Source of the DNA: Octopus bimaculoides
Lineage: Eukaryota
NCBI RefSeq assembly: GCF_001194135.2
Contig: NC_068994.1
Span: 47,437,369-47,501,368 of the forward strand
Length of the DNA stretch: 64,000 nt
Direction of reading: 5' to 3'
In this document: piece after piece, positions 53,794 through 64,000 of the stretch
How the letters are laid out: every line of letters begins with the position of its first letter
Numbering within the stretch: position 1 is the stretch's first letter
The notes under the pieces: generated by a model
Databases searched by the model: none
What the model was told of the DNA's origin: nothing
The model's input: the letters and a program-made list of their open reading frames with translations, nothing else
Translations under genes and position numbers: made by a program

Positions 53794-54507
53794 TGTATAT
53801 ACAAAAGCAGAAAAGGCACAAACAATAGTAGACGTAAGTAATGTATTCACCTAAATTTGCAGGTAGATAAATTGATAAATAGTTTGCATAAAGCTTGCAC
53901 TGTGCAACACTCCCTTTATCAACTATCAACCAGAGATCACAATTTCAGCGACTTGGAACAATATCAATCATTCCAGTTGTGCCGAGAGCAGCATTGATGC
54001 TACCTGGGAATGTCAAGGTTGACACATGCTTGTTCTCTCTTCCATTCATGCACTCACCATATTAAACCTGTAAGCGTCTCTGTGAAATTAATTAATGTTT
54101 TATTAACCCAGCTGACTCTACACTCACATGGTTAAATACTGTGCTGTCAGATCTCTTTTGATCAGTTGACTTAGTAATATAAATCACACGGGATGTAAAT
54201 TTTTACTGCTAACTCTCAGACCAAAATGTTTATAAAACTTGCTCTAAGTGCCATGTTTGATGGCATGTAAAACACACTTTTTCCCAAAACTTTGTTAAGA
54301 AACCACACGTCTTATACACAAAGCTGGGCCTCCTATGAATTTAATGCATTAAAATCTTTGTTCCTGAATATGTACTGTTGAAATTGGGGTGCATCTAATA
54401 TGATTGTATGTCTTTTATGCCATCACCTACCATACATTTTATGCATGTGTCTGTGTATTTATGAGTATATATACATACATGTATTTGTGTGTATGTATGT
54501 ATGTATG

Positions 54508-54545
<38 letters not shown>

Positions 54546-54546
<1 letters not shown>

Positions 54547-54690
54547 GGCGTTAGGAAGGGCATCCAGCTGTAGAAACTCTGCCAAATTAGATTGGAGCCT
54601 GGTGTTGCCATCCGGTTTCACCAGTCCTCAATCAAATCGTCCAACCCATGCTAGCATGGAAAGCGGACGTTAAACGATGATGATGATGAT
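54546..54690 (+). mobile_element. SINE family D 3' part with (GAT)n tail
   Basis: AGGAAGGGCATCCAGCTGTAGAAA (V-domain-like) ... CCCATGCTAGCATGGAAAGCGGACGTTAAAC(GAT)n. Related copies lie at ~7390-7650, 32625-32700 and 37712-37740. Confidence 0.7.
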
Positions 54691-54957
54691 ATATATATAT
54701 ATATTCTTAGATGAGATCAAGATATTCTCTGTATACACTTAGTAGTGCTCAAGAGATTTAAACTTGAGTGGTTATAGGAGTAAATGCAGGGATAAGCAAA
54801 TTAGACAGATCAATATATAAAGTATATTAAATAGATGAAACAAAAGATAGTCCAACTTACACAGTCCAAATGATATAGAGATAAATATGATCTGTTTAAT
54901 TTGCTTATCTCTACATTTACTTATATATCTATATCTATCTATTTACCTATCTATCTA

Positions 54958-54996
<39 letters not shown>

Positions 54997-54997
54997 A

Positions 54998-55030
<33 letters not shown>

Positions 55031-55253
55031 GTCTGTCTGTATGTATATATATATATATATATTTGCAGTAATAAAATAGCATTTGCAAACATTATTTTAT
55101 TTTGCAGCACACCAACATAAAACTGTTTAGTATAGCTTTGTGTTGTTAATCAAATACATGTTAATTTATGTGTGAAAAATAGACACGACAGAACAAGTTT
55201 GTGTATGTTGTCTGTTTATCTCACATAAATAACACGTGCACAGACACACATGT

Positions 55254-55288
<35 letters not shown>

Positions 55289-56017
55289 ATATACATCGAT
55301 TTTTGACATTAATCTTAAGCAACCAACTTAAATAGACTGAAGCTTATGAGTCGTTTGTTGACTTTTATTTTATTGACATCAAAAAGTTGAAAAGCTAAAT
55401 TGATACCAACAGAATTCGAGCAGTTCATTTGACACTCTTACTGATTCTATTATCAAAACAAATTGAAGTGTATTACTGGTACTTGACCTATTGACTTTTG
55501 TATGAGAAGAGATTGGAAACTGAAATGACTCGAGTGGAATTTGAACCCAGAAGGCATAGTTATGTAACTAAATGCTATAAGGTCCTTCGTCTTGTTCTAC
55601 TAATTTTGTGGTGGTGATGTTTGCCATGGGGTCATGGTCATGTGAGGGTGGGAGAGGTGGTAGCAGCATTTCTTTTTCTACCCCTTTATAATGGTCATCG
55701 TTAGTGGTACAAAGCCATTTATTTTAGGGAAGGTTAGGATGCAGTTGATTCAGTCAACTCAGATACTTGAATAAGATCCGCAGTTCCTACATGTTCCTAC
55801 ATTGTTGTTCTATGCTATTATTGCCTTTCATTATCTATTTATTAATGTCTTTTTGTTGGTATTATTCTCAACATTTTACTTGATGTAAATATCTTACTTT
55901 TTCTTGTTTGTTTCTTTTTTACGTATATTTTACTTGTTGTGCTGTTCCCGATGTCTTGAGCCCCTGTGGCCAATAAAAGAACTCGGTATTGTTATCATTA
56001 TTACTATTATTATTATT

Positions 56018-56460
56018 AAGGTGGTGAGCTGGTAGAATCGTTAGCATGCTGGGCAATATACTTAGTGGTATTTTCGCCGCCATTATATTCTGAGTTTAAA
56101 TTCTGCTGAGATCAACTTTGCCTTTCATCCTTTTGGGTTCGATCAAATAAGTACCAGTTACGCACTGGGGTTAATGTAATCGACTTGATCCCCTCCCCCA
56201 AGCTGCCCTTGTGGCAAAAATTTGAAATTATTATTACTATCATTATTAAGGCAGTGAGCTGGCAAAATTGTTACTGTGCTGGGCAAAATGCTTAGCAACA
56301 TTCTGTCAGCCTTCACATTCTGGGTTCAAATGCAAATGAGGTCGACTTTGCCTTTCATCCTTTCAGGGTTGATAAAATAAGTACCAGTTGAATCCTGGAG
56401 TCAACCGAATCAACTAACTCCTCCCCCAAAATTGCTGGCCTTGTTGCCAAAACTTGAAAC

Positions 56461-56503
<43 letters not shown>
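56018..56503 (+). mobile_element. SINE family A tandem pair, about 180 nt upstream of exon 3
   Basis: Both copies start ATTATT|AAGG(T/C)..TGAGCTGG and end in (ATT)n. Confidence 0.85.
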
Positions 56504-56506
<3 letters not shown>

Positions 56507-56685
56507 AGAATATTGCAGATTGATGGTGAAGGTAGTGGATCACTAAATAGGTTTTTTAGGGTCTACTAGTTCATTATGTCACACTTCTGTACTTTTCTCG
56601 ATCTAATGTTTTAGCTTTTTCTCTTTTTTTCTTTTTTGTTTTGTTTTCTTATTTCTTATCATTTTGGTGTTTTTTATTCTTTCAG

Positions 56686-56829
56686 CTTTCCCGGTTCCTC
56701 GAGATATACACAACCAAAACCAAAATTCAGCTGAAGGAACCTTTGGCAAAGATAAGGGGTCAGAAGACAGGGACCAACCGCCAACCCCACCTAGATCAAT
56801 GGGCAAGAAAGAATTGGAGAAGAAATCTG
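56686..56829 (+). CDS. RUSC2: RUSC-like exon 3 (xFPVPRDIHNQ...PPTPPRSMGKKELEKKS)
   Basis: Acceptor ttctttcag ends at 56685 and donor TCTG|GTAAAC follows 56829. Phase 1-1, 144 nt. It leads into the RUN N-terminal helix, like the 'KK' that precedes the RUN domain in RUSC1/2. Confidence 0.8.
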
Positions 56830-56909
56830 GTAAACTATGGTTTTTAGATTTGTTATTTAGTTTTATCAGTCTTGGGGGACAAATTGTAATTCTAATTTCA
56901 TTGCAATAC

Positions 56910-57200
56910 AGCTGGTTGGTAAACTTTGGTCCATCACTGTAGATTGGTCAAATTTACTCTGACCATGTCACTTGGTCAATTTTGATCTCACTGACATTTG
57001 ATTAACTTTGGTCAAATACTGTTAGTTGGCCTAATTTCATCTGTCACTGTTGGCTGGTCAACATTGATATCCTACTATTAATTGGTTAACTTTGATCTGG
57101 TACTGTCAATTTCTTGACGCTTATCTTATACAGTCAATGGTCAGCTGGTCATTTTTCTTTGTCTTGCATTATCAATTGGTTAGTTTCTGGCTAACACTGA
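56910..57200. repeat. Degenerate ~30-bp tandem repeat (TTGGTCAACTTTGATCTGTCACTGT-like) in intron 3
   Basis: TGGTCAA/TGGTTAA recurs about every 30 nt, with eight or more decayed units. Confidence 0.55.
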
Positions 57201-57535
57201 CAGTGCGGATGCAGGTGTGACTTCAAGCATGGAAAACAGATGTAAAGGCAAACAAATGAATGTGTATGTGTGTATAAATGTTTACATACTCAGAACTACA
57301 ATCTGATTCAGTCAGTCTTTTTGATGACTGTACATGTCAATAAGTTATAAAGTAATCTCACATAAATATAAAATTCTATATACTTCCAACATATAAGCTG
57401 TATTGAGGATATTGTATTAGATATGTATTGCTGTGTAAACTTTAATATAAATAATGAAGACATTATAAGCACTACCTTTGGACACTAATTTGTATCTTAA
57501 TCATATATCACATACAAATGTCATTTCTTTTTCAG

Positions 57536-57612
57536 CCATGCTAGCAGAGGTATCCAAAGCAGCAGAAGCTTTAGTTGATCATTTTTCCAAGAGCAAAGAT
57601 CCATTTGATAAG
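57536..57612 (+). CDS. RUSC2: RUSC-like exon 4, start of RUN domain (AMLAEVSKAAEALVDHFSKSKDPFDK)
   Basis: Acceptor ttctttttcag and donor AAG|GTTAGT, phase 1-0. The peptide parallels the RUSC1/2 segment 'LLIAVSxSVDKIISHF...'. Confidence 0.88.
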
Positions 57613-57689
57613 GTTAGTATATCAGGTCACCAGTCTATCAATTACTGTTATCATATAGTATGTAATGTAGTGTGTGTGTGTGTGTAAGT

Positions 57690-57930
57690 GATGGTATGTA
57701 GCTTCGTGGTTAGGGAGTTGAACTTGCAATCGCAATGTTGTGGGTTTGATTCCCAGGCTAGGCAGTGTGTTGTGTTCTTGAGCAAAAATAACTTAATCTC
57801 ATATTGCTCTGCAATCACTTTGACATGGGACACACCATGCACCTGTGCAGACAATGTTGAGTTGATGTTGATGACAATAAACATATCATCTGTGCTGGCT
57901 GTTCATTAAGAAATTGCAGAACCCTCATCT
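57690..57930 (+). mobile_element. SINE family C (tRNA-derived)
   Basis: GTAGCTTCGTGGTTAGGG...GGGTTTGATTCCC...TGTGTTCTTGAGCAAAA. Related copies lie at ~15480-15680(-), 18590-18850(-), 52290-52560(+) and 61195-61435(-, 3' part). Confidence 0.7.
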
Positions 57931-57954
57931 GTTGTTTATGCCAGGAGAGTCCAT

Positions 57955-57999
<45 letters not shown>

Positions 58000-58408
58000 A
58001 TACCGAGGTATTCTATCAAATGCTAATTCCTTTTCTTTTCTACTTCATTATTCTCAAAATTAATTGAAACAAAATTCATGTATTTCAACAGAAATAGGGT
58101 AACAAAATGGTTAATTCAAACTCCAGTAATACCCAAGGTAGATTTAATTACTTACTGCCTAATTAATCCTGGTCCAATTGTAGTGGGATCAACAGAGACT
58201 ATCTGCAGAGACCATCACATTTTTGTAAGCAATATTTCTGAGACTTAAGTTATCCAATTCTGTTCTAAGACAGATGGATGTGACACTATGCAGATTTACC
58301 TTCTATTTATAGTAGGCTGAGCTAAACCACAAGAAACTAGTCTAATCTTTGTAGTACCAGTCTAACAAAACAGAATCTTTCAGTTGCCGTTCTCTTTTTG
58401 ATTTTCAG

Positions 58409-58586
58409 CTTCGTCTTGGCAGTTCTGTAGAAACTCCTGAAATTGGAGATTTGGTGCTATCCCGATTGTGCCCTGCTGTAGCTCAAGTGATTAACAATGG
58501 CCTGAAGTCATATGAATCTGGTCTGCATGTATTTGGGAGAGTCCATATCACAGTGTGGAGAGTAGCTGAAGCATCTGCAGAACCAG
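58409..58586 (+). CDS. RUSC2: RUSC-like exon 5, RUN domain (LRLGSSVETPEIGDLVLSRLCPAVAQVINNGLKSYESGLHVFGRVHITVWRVAEASAEP)
   Basis: Acceptor attttcag and donor CAG|GTAATT, phase 0-1. Matches the RUSC RUN signature 'LG.S...P.VG.LVL..LCPA...L..DGLK...W.VVEAS...G'. Confidence 0.93.
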
Positions 58587-58714
58587 GTAATTACACATAT
58601 ATGCATAGTTAATTTGTTCTGTTTTCCTGTAGTGTTACTGTCTCTGCTGCGTGTGCACAGCAGGAGGGATTCCTTGTGAACATCCTTGGTTGTGCAAACA
58701 AATGAAAGAGTACT

Positions 58715-59084
58715 GTTCTATATTTTAGAGATGAGGAATCCTGTACATTATTTACATTATTTACATTAGACAGATATGTGTCCTCATCTTGTTTGTTGTT
58801 ATCACAACGTTTTGGCTGATTTACTCTCCAGCCTTCATCAGGTGTCCTGGTGGCATTTCGAACTCAACTCTGGGTTCTCATTCCTAAGGTATTTTTGGCT
58901 GATGTTACTATTATTATTATTATTATTATTATTTATTCAAGGCACTGCCTAGAATTGAACTTGGAATCTTGGGTTTAGTTGCCCGTGCTCTTAACCATGA
59001 TGAAAGCTGGAAAGTAAATCAGCTGAAACATTGAGGTAACAACAAACAAGATGAGGACACATATCCATCCAATGTAAATAATGT
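58715..59084 (-). mobile_element. tRNA-headed SINE-like retroposon with a Penelope-type minimal hammerhead motif and inverted 3'-end duplication
   Basis: Minus-strand head TGGTTAAGAGC...GTTCAATTC (58997-58950), followed by an (AAT)n spacer and a hammerhead-like core at 58846-58801. An inverted copy of that 3' part sits at 58998-59090. A 15-bp direct repeat AAATGAAAGAGTACT lies at 58700-58714 and 59085-59099. Confidence 0.7.
58801..58846 (-). ncRNA. Minimal type I hammerhead ribozyme motif (core-mutated copy)
   Basis: Minus strand reads GACAC-CTGATGA-A-GGCTG(gagagtaaat)CAGCC-AAAAC-GTT-GTGAT. Stem II is 5 bp and stem I is CAC/GTG, the putative GUU cleavage triplet is present, and the GAAA core is mutated to AAAA. 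Confidence 0.55.
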
Positions 59085-59640
59085 AAATGAAAGAGTACTC
59101 AATACAGGTAGCTGAGTTTGTTTATTTGTTCAAAGCTGATGATTCATTCAAATGCTATTCATAGTTATTTACTGTGTGTGGTTCTTCTGACAAGAAAAAA
59201 TAAACCAATACATGTATGTGTGTTTTGAGTTTACAAACAGAAAAATGTGCTCAATAATTGTAGGTTTTCTTAATTTTTATTGGGGATGTTGATTTACTTG
59301 TGGTGAGACAGAGTGAGCAAATGAAAAATGGGGGAATCGGTAGCCTCAAATGAATATATACAAATGTGTGTGTGTGTGTTTGTGAGAGTATATATGTGTA
59401 CATAAGTGTGTATTTGTATGCATGTGTATATACACTCATACATACTCAAACACATACAATGGTTGCTTTGTAACAGTATTCATCTAGTTGATAATCCCAG
59501 CATATTCAGTGAAATATCCATTAAAGATCACCATATCTAATCAGATTAATATCTACCTGGATACAGCCTTGAAACCATGCTGTGGTCTTAATCGTGGAGT
59601 AAATAAAGTATACAGACACATTCATACACAACCATGCGTG

Positions 59641-59762
<122 letters not shown>

Positions 59763-60485
59763 CTGTATTTGTTTGTAAATATATGCTCACATGCTCTCTC
59801 TCTCTCTCACACACCATCCATATACACTTCTTAAAATTTACTTTATATTGTATCTTTTCCACACACTAATCTCTAGTTTACTGCATTTTCAATGAGGTGA
59901 GTACTAAGGGTATACATGTACAGCTTAGATATAATAAACACAGTAAGGTATTTTGCTTTGGCACCCCTGTTTATGGGTAATTTATCACCATCATGTGATA
60001 AATTACATCCACAAAGCAATTAGTGAAAGCAACAGTTTGTACTCACTCGCGAGTGACGGTTAAGCTTTATATACACTACTAAACCAATGTTGTTTTGCCA
60101 CTTTGCAGTGGTTATGTTGCCAACACATTTCTGTGTTGCAGTATGGAACTATTGTTAACAATGCAGACAAATTTTGTTTCACTTTTCTTCAAATGTTCCA
60201 AGACTCCTATTAGTTAATGTTGTAATTCTACCAAACTTGCTGCACCACTGTATAACTTTGGCTGAACGCCTGGCAATGAGGAAATATTAGTGTTTTAAAT
60301 GTGGCATAGGTCAGTGACCATCAAAGCTCAGTTAAATTTCTATGCTTTGTGTGTATATGGGTGTAATTTTACATTTATCTCCGTGAATAAATGTTACATC
60401 ATGAAATGCGTGTTTGTGATTGTTCTGTTTCGATAAGCAGCTAGAATTAGTTGTTTTATCAAGCTGATATAATAAGATTATACAT

Positions 60486-60548
<63 letters not shown>

Positions 60549-62002
60549 CTCAAAAGAAAAAGGAAATAATCTATATTCAATGAATAATATGTTTAGTGGC
60601 ATGTTTTCATTTATTCAAATGAAGCATGGAAGAAATAAATAGCCTTCATCACTACAGCTTTGAAGTTAGAGACAGCAGACCATTTGTGAACAACTAGTGC
60701 TGGTGCCAACACATCCTGCTGGGTCAAGAGCCATAATGCAGGGCAAACATCTAAATTGATATTTTATGGCCTGGACATGCACCAAACTAGATGATACTGC
60801 AAAGTCTGGAGACCCTTTTGGCTACTTTGACAATTTCCTGCATTCTTATGCAGTCTCAGTTGTCTTGACTTTATTTTGCTATTAGGCATATTGTATGAGA
60901 ACAAGAGAATATGAGTCTGATGTGCATGCAGCTGTCCTCACTGGAAAAAAAAAGAAAAAATTCTTGCACTAGTCTAGTGCCAGTGAGTAAGTCTGTATGG
61001 CACATATTGATAGACCCCACTCCATTTAAGGACCAATTGATGTGATGCTTGGGATATTCTGTACACCTGTGGCAGTCAGATACTATTATTTCTCAGGAGA
61101 GAATATAAAGTCATAGATACTACTTCCTCAAATAAAATAATCATGTATGTATGTATGTATAATTGTGTGTGTGTGTGTGTAAAGTAAAAACAAAGAGTAA
61201 AACTCCTTTGGTCATGAATGACCATAGTATTGCATCTAGAAAGTTACCCTCTGAGGCACAAGTCTGGACAAGCTTGTTTATGGAAGACCAGCAGTTGTCC
61301 ATGCATACCAACTTCCCTTTTTCACACCACCATTGTTATCAAAGAGAACGACAAAGACTGTTACAGCTTTGGCACCAGTGACATAGCAACTCATTTCTAC
61401 AGTTGAGTGAAATGGAGCAACGTGAAATAAAGTGCCCACACATGCACATATGTGGTAAACAAATAATTGCACCTGCAATTTGTGAACTTTTACCTATGAT
61501 AATAGCTGTTGTTTATTGCCAGTTTTGCCATGACTAAGCAGATCTACTGTCAAATGTGCTCCAGTTGTGACCATGTCTATTTACCTATATTATCCCAAAT
61601 GACCTAGTTTTTCTTTGTTTTTTTTTGTTTTTTGTTTTTTTTAAATGTGAGGGTGAGTTTGCTGCTACTTCAAGCAGTCTCCCTCACTGACTTATTTTAA
61701 AATATTTATCTGAATTAGCATTTTTGTGTATAATGCTGCTCTCAACTGTCATGTGTGAAATTATTAACCTATTCATTAAAGTGCTTACAGAATAATTACA
61801 AGCATTAATACCAACAACTAAGGATTATGGAAATTAAACTTAAGTGAATAATACAAGAGTATAGTGCTGCATCCAAAGAATGAATAATCCAAGATTATCT
61901 TTAGATTTTATCCATTGTGTATTTTTGAAGAGGATGTTTCATTGTAAATTAACTGGAATTCAAATTGTGTATATTATTAATCCCAGTTTTTTCTTCCTTC
62001 AG

Positions 62003-62108
62003 GCCCTTCTACCAGAGCAATATGTGACATTGTGAAAGAGCTTAGGAACAGGCCAAATCTGTCTTCGAACAAACACAGATTTGATGCTTTTATCTTTGCA
62101 CTGTTGAA
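62003..62108 (+). CDS. RUSC2: RUSC-like exon 6, RUN domain (GPSTRAICDIVKELRNRPNLSSNKHRFDAFIFALLN)
   Basis: Acceptor ttcttccttcag and donor GAA|GTAGGT, phase 1-2. Matches RUSC 'GPST....L...V.....L......RF.AFI.GLLN'. Confidence 0.93.
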
Positions 62109-62279
62109 GTAGGTTCATCTTCATTATAAGCATTATCTTTTTTGTAATTAATGTTATTTCCATCAATACTATTGTCATTAACATCTTCCTATATTCTCAT
62201 CATTATTATCTCATTTTCATTATCATTAATTGGCATCATTGTTTATACAACCATTATTATCATTATTATTATTATTATT

Positions 62280-62320
<41 letters not shown>

Positions 62321-62418
62321 AGTCATCATCACCTCTTCATTATCACTATTGTTATTGGCCATATCATGATCATTTTAATCAGACTCTAAAATTATGTTCT
62401 GTAATTCTTCTGTTGCAG

Positions 62419-62749
62419 TTCACGTCTATTGGACTTCTGGCTAGGTTACCTGCGCCACAGAGACAATGTCATCTGTCACTTTTACAACACCAATGCCTTG
62501 CTGCAACAGCAGCTCTACATCAGTGATCTGGGTGATGCTTATGAGGAAATGCTTCTCTCTTTGCAGCCCTTGTCTGTTTTACCATTCCAGCTCGATCTTG
62601 ACTTTGTCTGTGGCAGCAGTGGCCAGAATCAAGCCAGTGGCGATATGACCCAGTCACGGGAAGGTGGTGCCACTTTGTCAGAACCTTCTGCAGGAAGTTT
62701 GTCTGAGGAATCAATGAAGCTAAGCTCTCCTTCAGTTAGATATGAAGAG
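62419..62749 (+). CDS. RUSC2: RUSC-like exon 7, end of RUN domain (SRLLDFWLGYL...YEEMLLSLQPLSVLPFQLDLDF...SPSVRYEE)
   Basis: Acceptor tctgttgcag and donor GAG|GTATGT, phase 2-0. 'L.FW...L' and 'EELLL.LQPL..LPF.LDL' are the canonical RUN C-terminal motifs of RUSC1/2. Confidence 0.93.
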
Positions 62750-63282
62750 GTATGTAGCACTTTAATACTATGTTATTTATTATCATACTCTTTTCTAACA
62801 TGGTTATTGATGGAAAACAGTACACTATCTAGATATTTTCTGGTGCTTCTTTGGTACAGTTTCAGATTTGTAAGATATATTTTCCTTATATGTGTGGATG
62901 AGTCTTCTATCACTGGCAGGGCACAGATTTTTCTCTGGGGTTAGAGTTGTTATCTATCCTAAACATACATTATAGCAAGAACTAATTTGGTTACATTGTT
63001 TGAAAGCTTTCCTACTTCTATTAATTTGCTAAGTAATTTTTCTGCATAAATTTGACTCTTTGTTTTCCAATATTTTGGAGTTAGATTTTCCTACTTGTAT
63101 CTATATGAGTTCCATTATGGTCAGTTTAGTCTTTTAAACAAAAATAAAGGAAATTGTTAATTTAAAAAAACTACATTTCATCTTTAAAAATCATTTGTTA
63201 AAAATGCATTATTTATTATCAGAAAGAGATGTATTTTATTATTAATCCTTTCTCTTTTTATTTCTTTTGTGTCAAAATCCAG

Positions 63283-64000
63283 GCATCTGAAGAGAATGCT
63301 TTAGGTCAGTCAGCTGCAAAAGCGTGGAAATGGTTGAGTAGCTCAACAGCTAACGCCTTACCAAAAGCCAAGTCTGTTGTAGCCAATGTTGCACAGAAGG
63401 TGTCACCTTCTATTTCACGGCTGGGCACCTCACTTTCCAAAGCTACACTTGGAGACTCATCAGAATATAAAGTCACAGAAGATATCCTCAATATGGACCA
63501 GCTAGCAGACTCTTTACCACTGTCTAACAGTAATGACGACAATGAGTCTGTATCCAGTACAAGTAACTCCACACTGCTAGGATCTAATGTTGAATCACCT
63601 TTAGAGGTAAAATCAATCACCGAAATGGAAAGGATTGATGAATCTAAAACATCAACATGCTCAAAGGACTCTAAAAATACAGACAATGAGAAACAAAGTC
63701 AAAGCCTTTTAGATGAGCTTTTCCCTGATGCTAGTGAAACCAGTGATCTTGAGCAATCATCTTCACTATCAGTCTCCAACATAGCACAGAAGTTTCTGGG
63801 AATCGGCACCAGCAAACGCAAACAACCATACAGAAAAGAACTGACTGAGTACAGTTTTGACAGTGAACCAGATTCTTCTAACTCAATAAAAGAGTCCCAC
63901 TCTGACACGAGCCTGAAGAATGAAGAAATTTCTAGAAAAGGAACATCTTCAAACAAAGCAAGTGAAAGTTTAGTACAAGAAGTGTTAGATAAATACTGTG
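63283..64000 (+). CDS. RUSC2: RUSC-like exon 8 (runs off the window); Ser/Glu-rich linker after RUN (ASEENALGQSAAKAWKWLSSS...QEVLDKYC)
   Basis: Acceptor ...aaaatccag ends at 63282, phase 0. I translated it by hand and found no stop through 64000. It is missing from the ORF track because no stop codon falls inside the window. Confidence 0.85.

Noticed and set aside
60640-60900. Minus-strand 'YHLVW' resembling HUH/Y1 transposases
   Set aside because: An isolated 5-residue match surrounded by stops, with no HUH motif in frame.
63306-63956. Two minus-strand ORFs in the track
   Set aside because: Antisense shadows of the real + strand exon 63283-64000.

Overview
AT-rich, microsatellite- and SINE-dense animal DNA with about a dozen assembly gaps. 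The repeat content suggests an octopus genome, which is an inference. One large + strand gene spans almost the whole window: a RUSC-family (RUSC1/RUSC2, iporin/NESCA-like) RUN-domain protein. I reconstruct 8 phase-compatible GT-AG coding exons: 4196-4273, 26470-30145, 56686-56829, 57536-57612, 58409-58586, 62003-62108, 62419-62749 and 63283->64000. Together they give more than 1,769 codons, and the 3' end (SH3 expected) lies outside the window. The first and last exons are absent from the supplied ORF track. The roughly 1,250-aa disordered N-terminus carries a repeated W-[KR]-x-[LI]-S-P-x-K motif plus PP1 (RVxF and SILK-like), 14-3-3 and beta-TrCP-type motifs. Candidate alternative exons would give a RUN-less isoform (31600-31730) and a short RUN-containing isoform (41042-41066). 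The introns hold several tRNA-derived SINE families, hAT/Charlie and Tigger MITEs, a Helentron-type element, an LTR-like element, and fossil R4/Dong, L2 and RTE LINE pieces. The most unusual element is a tRNA-headed SINE-like unit that carries a Penelope-type minimal hammerhead ribozyme motif in an inverted-duplication layout (58715-59084). Almost all other ORFs in the track are microsatellite or N-gap artefacts.
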